Source of the DNA: a virus
Taxonomy: Duplodnaviria > Heunggongvirae > Uroviricota > Caudoviricetes
IMG/VR virus record: IMGVR_UViG_3300033463_000022
Coordinates: 1-22,541 of that record
Strand: one strand, 5' to 3'
Length of the DNA stretch: 22,541 nucleotides
Under the pieces are notes generated by a model, which was given only the letters and a program-made list of their open reading frames with translations, was not told the DNA's origin and ran no database searches. Shown here piece by piece: positions 15,457 to 22,387 of the stretch; positions within the stretch are counted from its first letter, which is position 1; the number at the start of each line of letters is the position of its first letter. Both the position numbers and the translations under genes were made by a program.

Positions 15457-16467
15457 GTGATAAATTTGTCTAGAAAGGAAATTAGCAAGAAAGAGTATTC
15501 TATTCTCTGCCAAGTGCTGAGTACCCCAGAGATGCAATTACTCAAGGTTCTCAATCAGACCTTGGGATTGTACTATGACAAAAAAGATATTGTTATGACA
15601 AAGGATTATCTATATGCCATAGGGGACATTCCTATCGCTCTTATTGCCCATTTGGATACTGTCCATTCAGCCCCTCCAACAGTATTTTTCCATGACTCCG
15701 AGAAGGGTTATATTTGGACGCATGAAGGTTTAGGAGCTGACGATAGAGCTGGAGTTTTTAGTATTCTTATGCTACTTAAGAGCGGATATCGTCCTAGTGT
15801 AATCTTCTTGACACAAGAAGAGCGCGGAGGTATTGGAGCAAGCGCGTTTATAAAAGAATGGCCGGCACCTGCGGTTGAGACAAACTTCCTTATTGAGTTG
15901 GATCGTCGCGGTGAAGACGATGCTGTCTATTATGAGTGCGGCAATGAGCGTTTTGAAAAATTCATCACGTCTTTTGGATTTGTTACAGACTGGGGCACTT
16001 TTTCTGATATTTCAATTATAGCCCCCGCGTGGGATCGAGCGGCGGTTAACCTATCAATAGGGTACTTTGATGAACACTCCTTGTGTGAACGTCTTAATTA
16101 CCGCTATATGTTCAAAACAATAGAAAGAGTAAAGCAGATATTAGAGAGCTACGAAGATGGTATCGTTTACAAGTTCGAACCTATCGACTGGACTAAAAAT
16201 GTTGGTTGGCAGTATTTTACTTTTCCTCGCGAGCAGCATGGTAAAGCTCTTTGCGATTGCTGCGACAGCTGGGTCTCAAGGGATGCTCTAACAAATGTTT
16301 ATGATTGCGAAATAGAAGAAAAATATCGGCTCTGTCCAGAATGTGTAGAGAGATATGTAACTTTTTGCAAAACTTGCGGCCGCCCCATTTTGATTCCTAG
16401 CGGCATAGATAGTGACGGATTATGCGCAGAATGCAGAAAAGTAAAGGGGATTGATGTAAAAGCATGA
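15457..16467 (+). CDS. M28/M20-like zinc peptidase with C-terminal CxxC zinc ribbons
   Basis: AHLDTV, GADDRAG, QEERG, ELDR and DEHS metal-ligand motifs; AAGGAG RBS with GTG start. Confidence 0.8.
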   Translation: MINLSRKEISKKEYSILCQVLSTPEMQLLKVLNQTLGLYYDKKDIVMTKDYLYAIGDIPIALIAHLDTVHSAPPTVFFHDSEKGYIWTHEGLGADDRAGVFSILMLLKSGYRPSVIFLTQEERGGIGASAFIKEWPAPAVETNFLIELDRRGEDDAVYYECGNERFEKFITSFGFVTDWGTFSDISIIAPAWDRAAVNLSIGYFDEHSLCERLNYRYMFKTIERVKQILESYEDGIVYKFEPIDWTKNVGWQYFTFPREQHGKALCDCCDSWVSRDALTNVYDCEIEEKYRLCPECVERYVTFCKTCGRPILIPSGIDSDGLCAECRKVKGIDVKA

Positions 16468-17840
16468 GAGATTTACAACAAATTCGTCGGCAGGTAGAAT
16501 CTGTCTTGAAATGTTCACAAGACTATCCGTTCAATCCGCATGTAAAAGATATTATTGACCAGTGGTATGAAGCAAAGAAGCCCTACATCGACCTGTTTGG
16601 CGGAGAAACATCTGTCCTTCTCCAGAGTAATGTTGAAATAGAGCTTACACAAGAGGACTTGGACAGAATGTTTGACTCCTTTATAGGATATTTGGAAGAT
16701 AATGACTTGAATTATTGTTTCAATGAAACTATCCAAATCTCCATTAGTAAATTTCTCTTTGATAATAGAGAGGGATTCTTTCAAAATAGGGTGGTAAAGG
16801 ACTATCCTACTTTAAAGATCTGTAAAGGCGCCAAACTCCTAAAGTGCTTCAAATTTTTTATTAAGGATTTTGATACTTGCCGAAAGGCGCAGGATATTGC
16901 TTCCAGATACATTCAAGATATTAAAATAACTGGAAATTTGTATCTCTCCGTTGACCCTCTTGACTTCCTCACTATCAGTGAAAATAATAGCAATTGGCGC
17001 TCCTGCCATTCACTAGATGGCGACTTTCGTATGGGAAATCTTAACTATATGATTGACGATACTACCTTGATCGCTTTTCTTGCGAATGAAAAGAAAGAGC
17101 AGTTAAAGTGTATGCCTGCGGGGCTACTGTGGAATAACAAAAAGTGGCGTATGTTGGTGCATACTAACAATTGGGAGAGTATCATATATTATAATAGACA
17201 ATATCCTTTTTCTAATACTGGGTTGATATTGAAAGTCTATAACGGGATTGTTGAACTTAGAGAAGATAACTGGTACGATATGTTCTTAACGCCTAATAAG
17301 TCAGGCTTCAAGAAAATAGTTCTGCGTTCTGACGAGCCCCCTATTACCCTAGAGTATAATTTCATTCTTGGCTCGAGAGAAAGGCTCTACGATATGAGGG
17401 ATATTGTAGACGACAGCGAAGGAAAAGGATATGACGACCTGGTATATTCTTCTCACTATGCACCAGTCTTTAGTCTGAGAAGAAAAGCTAGCAAGAATTA
17501 CGATGATGCAACCTATGCCACTGAAAAGACTAAAGACTGGGATGCTGCTTTCCACGAGGTTTTTGATATAAAAATAGGCAAGAAATGCGGGTGTGTGAAG
17601 TGCGGGAGCCTTGATATTGACCGCGCTAACTCATTCTTGTGTGAGGACTGTATCGCACTTAATGACGCAGACGAGGACCTATTTGCAGAGTGCGAATGGT
17701 GCGGGAGAAGGCTCTATCCCGACGATAAAAGATATAATTTTGAGGGTGATATCATCTGCGAAACGTGCAATAGCGCATGTACCACATCTGGCAACCTTAT
17801 TATAGACTAGTACCCTGTTGGAATAAGAAGAATTATTTAA
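16464..17840 (+). CDS. Uncharacterised zinc-ribbon protein, paralog of 12343 gene (ends at 17810 in code 11, at 17840 if TAG is sense)
   Basis: 'LSVDPLDFLTISENNSNWRSC...NNKKWR'; C-terminal CxxC array; ATGA overlap with the peptidase gene. Confidence 0.75.
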
Positions 17841-17853
17841 GGAGGATTTAAAA

Positions 17854-18186
17854 ATGAAACGCGGAGAACAGGCTCGTGCAGACGTGATGGATACCATCGT
17901 TAGAGCGTTCAAGGATGTTGATGCCTACGAATGCACTGCTGACAAGAAGATTTATGTCTGGGCGCAGGATGGAGCGGGCGGAGAGAGGATCCAGTTCGCT
18001 GTCTCGATTACCGCCCCTAAAAACCCAGTGCTTGCGGGCGGCACGCCTACTAGCAGCGATGTACCTTGGGACGAGGCGCCTCAGACCTCGACTCCCGCAG
18101 TCAATGCTTCATCAACTCCTATGGAGCTGTCGGCAGATGATAAGGCGAAGGTTCAGGCTCTTATGGAGCAGCTTGGCTTGAAGTAA
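17854..18186 (+). CDS. Hypothetical protein, 110 aa
   Basis: AAGGAGG RBS. Confidence 0.75.
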   Translation: MKRGEQARADVMDTIVRAFKDVDAYECTADKKIYVWAQDGAGGERIQFAVSITAPKNPVLAGGTPTSSDVPWDEAPQTSTPAVNASSTPMELSADDKAKVQALMEQLGLK

Positions 18187-18334
18187 AGCAACGTTGGGCG
18201 AAAAAAGTTAAAACGTCGCTTATATCTTATAAAGAGTACAAAGGATATAACTTCTTTGTACTCTTGTTTCTATTTTACTTTTTATAATTTTTATAATATA
18301 ATATATATAGAAAGTGAGAGAGGAGATAAGAGCT

Positions 18335-18439
18335 ATGAATGATTTTGCTACTGAGATCCAGAGCGACGAGCTGTTCGAGACTGAATACCTCCACTGGGTG
18401 TCTACTCTTGATTGGCATCCCGACGAAAACGAGAGCTGA
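18335..18439 (+). CDS. 34-aa acidic miniprotein
   Basis: Promoter motif plus GAGGAG RBS. Confidence 0.55.
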   Translation: MNDFATEIQSDELFETEYLHWVSTLDWHPDENES

Positions 18440-18498
18440 AAATCTCCTTTACATAAGTTAAAAAATATTATATAATATTTTTAAAGAGTGAGGAGGAA

Positions 18499-18672
18499 AT
18501 GAGCATGGTTTTGAACCCTAAAGAAACAGAGTTAATCTGGAACGCTTTCGAAGAGATACAGAGTGAATATGCTGGAGCAAAGGCTCAAGCTATTGTTGAC
18601 GGAGAGGTTCTTCTTGATAAGATAAAACCACTTCTTAAGCGTGGAGCAAAGATAAAGATCGAGATTAAATAA
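18499..18672 (+). CDS. 57-aa hypothetical protein
   Basis: TTTACA-17-TATAAT promoter plus GAGGAGG RBS. Confidence 0.6.
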   Translation: MSMVLNPKETELIWNAFEEIQSEYAGAKAQAIVDGEVLLDKIKPLLKRGAKIKIEIK

Positions 18673-18789
18673 TTTTCCCATCGCCTCGTGGGTAAGGCGA
18701 TAAGACATTGCCCTCTGACAGTACCACACCGATTTGGGCATGAATGATTCGGTAACCGCGCCAGTTAAGGTTGAATCTGGCTTTTATTT

Positions 18790-18865
18790 ACCCTAGCAGC
18801 TCAAATGGTTGAGCGCGCGCCTTATAAGCGCGTGAGTGTTGGTTCGAGTCCAACCTAGGGTACCA
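18790..18865 (+). tRNA. trnI: tRNA-Ile(UAU)
   Basis: Acceptor ACCCTAG/CTAGGGT, anticodon loop CT-TAT-AA (18823-25), TTCGAGT T-loop, encoded CCA. Confidence 0.9.
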
Positions 18866-19040
18866 CAAGGAAGCGAGGCGCGTAGCCTCAAGAACGCTCG
18901 CCGCGAAAGGAGCCGTAACGCCGTTGGGAACTTGGGTGTGAATAAAATAAAAATATTTTGCACTTTGGACAAAATTTTTTCATTTGTTATTTATATTCTT
19001 CATATATAATGAAGAAAATTTGAAAGGAGTGCAAATTTAC

Positions 19041-19805
19041 ATGTCTACTTGTGGTATTTATAAATTTGAAAATAAAATAAATCATAATATTTATATTGGT
19101 CAATCTGTTGACATAGAACGTCGATATAAAGACCATCTAAATAGAGCAAAGAATCCTCATAAATCAAATACTGAATATGATTCTGTCCTTCACTAGGCAA
19201 TACGAAAGTACGGTATTGAGAATTTCCTTTTTGAAATAGTAGAGGTTTGTCCTAATAATAAAGAAATTCTTAATAATAAAGAACGTTTTTGGATTGCATT
19301 TTATGATTCTTTTAGCCATGGATATAATGCCACTTCAGGAGGCGAGGCTCAAGAACCCTCCTTAAAAATTGACAAATGCTTGGCAGACCAAATAAAACAT
19401 GATTTGTTATATACTACTGATACATATGATGTGTTACATGAAAAGTATAATATCTCAACTGGTAGAATTTCAGAAATAAATACTGGTAAAATTTGGTATG
19501 ATGAAAAACTTGATTACCCACTCAGAAAAAAGGATAAAATATCTCCATCTAAAATTTGTCCAATCTGCGGTGGAATAAAAGACAAAGACGCTTCTTTATG
19601 TTTATCCTGCTATAGAGCATCGTTAACTAAACCTGTAACTAGAGAAGAGCTAAAAGATCTTATCCGCACTACACCTTTTACGACAATTGCTAAAAAATAT
19701 AATGTAACAGATAACGCTATTCGAAAATGGTGTATAGGATATAAACTCCCATCTAAAAAGAAAGAGATTTCTGCTATTAGCGATAAAGATTGGGAAAAAC
19801 TGTAA
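19041..19805 (+). CDS. Free-standing GIY-YIG homing endonuclease (Seg-like) with in-frame TAG at 19194-19196
   Basis: GIY...YIG, 'LH(TAG)AIRKYGIENF', GYN, C-terminal zinc ribbon and HTH; the two track ORFs (18984 and 19380) are in the same frame and are joined only by this TAG. Confidence 0.85.
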
Positions 19806-19879
19806 GGGTCGCTAACTCAATGGTAGAGTGCTCGGTTGAAGCCCGAGTAATCTTCGTTCAATTCGAAGGTGACCCACCA
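19806..19879 (+). tRNA. trnF: tRNA-Phe(GAA)
   Basis: Stem CTCGG/CCGAG, loop TT-GAA-GC, encoded CCA. Confidence 0.9.
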
Positions 19880-20011
19880 GCCCAAATAGGCTATAAGGGT
19901 TCAGCGAAAAGGTGGATAAGCGCGATAACTATTGCCACCCTAGCGGCCGGAGGGGATAACTGTTGCCTAGCAGGAAGAGCCCGTTCGAAAGTAAAGCTCC
20001 GACAATTATAT

Positions 20012-20087
20012 AAGGGGGTCGTCCAATTGGTTAGGGCTCTGGTCTCCAAAACCAGGTATCTGGGTCCGAATCCCAGCCCTCTTGCCA
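20012..20087 (+). tRNA. trnW: tRNA-Trp(CCA)
   Basis: Stem CTGGT/ACCAG, loop CT-CCA-AA, G discriminator, encoded CCA. Confidence 0.9.
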
Positions 20088-20350
20088 TATGGGAACTTGT
20101 CCCAAGGGTATCGTTGAAGAGCTTATCAAGCGTACGATTGGTAGGAAACGTCTGGCGAGAGAGTAATAACAGGGACGGTAGATATATTTTATCGAAGAAT
20201 ATATTCTACTAAGACTCGGACGGACGGGCAGATCGAGTATAAAGGAGGCTGCCTACCACAAAAAACGCGGTACAAGAGGATTCGCGTCGAATGATGTGCC
20301 CTCTGAGCAGACAAATTTAGGGAGCCAATAGAATGCCGCGACTCCCCAAT
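20088..20350 (+). ncRNA. Candidate structured non-coding RNA
   Basis: Multi-hairpin domain closed by TGGTAGG/CCTACCA; no credible ORF. Confidence 0.45.
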
Positions 20351-20424
20351 TAAAAACCTCTTTTGACAAAGATTAAAAAATATTATATAATATCTATAGA
20401 AACTTGAAAGAGAGGTTCTAAGAA

Positions 20425-20553
20425 ATGAGATACTTCCGTGTGCGCTGTGAAGCGTGCGGCTGCCTCCAAGAGTTCGAAGAGTGCGAAGTGATGCTTCAGC
20501 CGTGGCCCCATATCGAGTGCTGCGAGTGCGGTTGTATGGTGCCAGTATTCTGA
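20425..20553 (+). CDS. 42-aa zinc-ribbon miniprotein
   Basis: CEAC...CCEC; TTGACA-17-TATAAT promoter; GAGAGG RBS. Confidence 0.65.
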   Translation: MRYFRVRCEACGCLQEFEECEVMLQPWPHIECCECGCMVPVF

Positions 20554-20554
20554 T

Positions 20555-20719
20555 ATGATGACTTGGAGGGAAGCGTTTGCGGAAGTGTGCCGCAATGGGA
20601 TTGACCATGGCGAGTTGTATGACTTCGTATACTTCGGTATGCATAAGGAGTACGATGAAGAAGAGATAAAACGAGAGTTTGAGAAGCTTTTTGGCGAGCC
20701 GCTCTTTATCGAGGATTAA
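20555..20719 (+). CDS. 54-aa acidic hypothetical protein
   Basis: Starts 1 nt after the upstream TGA; codon and amino-acid composition like neighbouring genes. Confidence 0.6.
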   Translation: MMTWREAFAEVCRNGIDHGELYDFVYFGMHKEYDEEEIKREFEKLFGEPLFIED

Positions 20720-20761
20720 ACCTCATTTGAAAAATTAAAAAATATATTATATAATATATAT

Positions 20762-21282
20762 AGAGATTGAGAGATGGAGCATGGCTCCTCTCTTAGAAAC
20801 TCTTCGTTAAACCACCTACCTGTGAAGCTGGCTGAGCCAGTGGTCGGTAGCGGGTCACAAGTCCCGAGTTTGTGAAGCTGGTGAGGTCGCAAACGTCAAG
20901 TGCGAGTGGCGAAAAGCCCTCCTCGAGGTCGACTGGTGGAGGCAAGGCGGCTAGAGGCCTAGAATCTCTATCGTTCACTGTAAGAACTGAAAACGTACAG
21001 CGTATTCCACATACGAAAGAGCGGAAGGTTTCTTAGATCATCCAGAAATCTAGGCGATCGGTGCGCGTGATAGCGCTGGGTTAAACCCGTCATCCCTGTA
21101 GAAGTACAAAAAAGACGGGCGCGCGTTTGGAGCGTAGTCCATCGAGTGAACCAGCTACCACGGCGTCAGAAGCCAAGCTGGGTGATGTATGGGTTTCATC
21201 ACTAAGGGTAACTTGCCCAAAACCCTTTGTGCTGAATCCGCGTTGTACGCGGGGAGCGCCGCGCGCCTTACAGCGGTATCTT
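20762..21282 (+). ncRNA. Large ornate structured RNA (ROOL/GOLLD-like candidate)
   Basis: About 520 nt GC-rich ORF-free tract after a TTGAAA-17-TATAAT promoter; many hairpins plus long-range GGCGCGCG/CGCGCGCC pairing; lies within a tRNA island. Confidence 0.6.
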
Positions 21283-21286
21283 CCTT

Positions 21287-21361
21287 GGGCGACTAGTACA
21301 TCGGTTAGTACAAACGGCTGTTAACCGTTAGAGCAAGGTTCGATTCCTTGGTTGCCCGCCA
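21287..21361 (+). tRNA. trnN: tRNA-Asn(GTT)
   Basis: Stem AACGG/CCGTT, loop CT-GTT-AA, G discriminator, encoded CCA. Confidence 0.9.
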
Positions 21362-21529
21362 AGGAATAGCAAATTTTCCTATACAACAGATGCGCGGTTG
21401 GCTGACCTTAAGGCTCGATAGAAGTATTGCCAAGTGCGTGCCGCTTACCACTAAAATTACTTCTATTCGGACCGCGCCAAGCGAGGGCGTATCAATGTCG
21501 TTAAACTAATCATAAATGCTCGCTAATAT

Positions 21530-21606
21530 GCGGACGTAGCCCAATGGCAGGAGGCAAATGCCTTAGGAGCATTGCAGTGTGGGTTCGAATCCCTCCGTCC
21601 GTACCA
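21530..21606 (+). tRNA. trnL: tRNA-Leu(TAG anticodon, reads CUA), short variable loop
   Basis: Stem AATGC/GCATT, loop CT-TAG-GA, 5-nt variable region, encoded CCA. Confidence 0.85.
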
Positions 21607-21609
21607 TAT

Positions 21610-21686
21610 GCTCGCTTACTCCAATTGGCAGAGAGGGCAGGTTCAAACCCTGTAAAGTCTGGGTCCGAATCCCAGAGCGAGTACCA
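21610..21686 (+). tRNA. trnL: tRNA-Leu(CAA), short variable loop
   Basis: Stem GCAGG/CCTGT, loop TT-CAA-AC, 5-nt variable region, encoded CCA. Confidence 0.85.
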
Positions 21687-21818
21687 TTGGTGTTTGTCGG
21701 CACCGCAAGTGTGTTACATTTCCGTAGATGCTGCACACAGCATCCCCGAGCGAGAGGATGGATAAAAGGTTCCTAAGGCAGCAAGGAGCTGTAAGTATCT
21801 CGCCGCTGCCAATTATAT

Positions 21819-21895
21819 GGTCATGAGGGAAAACTAGCAGATCCGCCGGCCTGTCACGCCGGAGATAGCGGGGGCAGCACCCGTCTTGATCGCCA
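21819..21895 (+). tRNA. trnD: tRNA-Asp(GTC) with non-canonical T-loop
   Basis: Stem CCGGC/GCCGG, loop CT-GTC-AC, T-loop GGCAGCA, encoded CCA. Confidence 0.8.
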
Positions 21896-22047
21896 GCCGC
21901 GTTTGGTAGTATCGCGGGCGCTGAATAACTGCCACTATGGTTGTCGGCTAAGACGCATTGTGCGCCCCTAAAACCGTCATAGAATGGTAGGACTCTATTA
22001 AATGTGCCTCCTTTGGCAAGATGCTCTGCCGAGAAAATGAGCTACAA

Positions 22048-22146
22048 GTCGATGCTCTTTAAGCGATGGGTGGTTCGAATCCACAGGTGCCCGACGAGGG
22101 CGCCTCCAAACCACGGTACACGGGAATCGCCGCTTGAGTTGTTGGC
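22048..22146 (+). ncRNA. Circularly permuted tRNA mimic, YrlA-type Y RNA candidate
   Basis: T-arm GTGG-TTCGAAT-CCAC, closed acceptor-like hairpin AGGTGCCC/GGGCGCCT, D-like arm, enclosed by GCGAT/ATCGC and an extended outer stem beginning GTCGA. Confidence 0.55.
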
Positions 22147-22387
22147 GCAACAAGAGCAATGGAGTTGAGATTTGGGGAGCGAGTAGCGCCAACTACTCCT
22201 CTTGCGGGACCGGTCGGAAGTGCGGGTGTATGGACTAAAAGCCAGCCCCGACCGGCGCCGCAAGAGAATCCACTTTGATTTTATTAAAAATTTAATTTAT
22301 AATAGTTATAGAAAATGAGAAAGACGCTTGCAGCAACTATTTTTTACATATTTGCTTGGAATGTATGTTTTGTGCGTCTTGGTATTT

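Larger units (their letters stand above)
8131..22320 (+). repeat. Repeated promoter/leader motif TATAATATATATAGAAA...GAAAGG preceded by TTTACW/TTGACA
   Basis: Copies near 8155, 9570, 10678, 12298, 18296, 20386, 20750, with variants near 5612, 14127, 18470, 22298. TTTACTTATAATAAAAATTAA is identical at about 8131 and 9547. Confidence 0.8.

Noticed and set aside
7703-19196. Interpreting the in-frame TAGs as independent pseudogenisation or sequencing errors
   Set aside because: Three recognisable genes are each broken only by TAG (never TAA, TGA or a frameshift) with intact RBSs and downstream domains, so recoding is more parsimonious; not formally excluded without read data
18866-19810. Group I intron carrying the GIY-YIG ORF
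   Set aside because: No recognisable P7/P3 core or split exon; the flanking tRNAs are complete and tRNA-Phe starts right after the stop codon
21530-21606. tRNA with 'TAG' in its loop as the amber suppressor
   Set aside because: Anticodon UAG reads CUA (Leu); a suppressor needs anticodon CUA. No CUA-anticodon tRNA is present in this window, though the island continues past the edge
19790-22263. Track ORFs overlapping the tRNA island (e.g. 19790..20212, 19891..20088, 20189..20644, 21127..21324, 21544..21765, 21998..22192)
   Set aside because: They overlap tRNA or structured-RNA genes, lack RBSs and arise from stop-poor GC-rich RNA sequence
22040-22270. Two-piece (permuted) tmRNA
   Set aside because: The acceptor-like stem lacks G3:U70 and a CCA after the 3' strand, and no tag reading frame is evident
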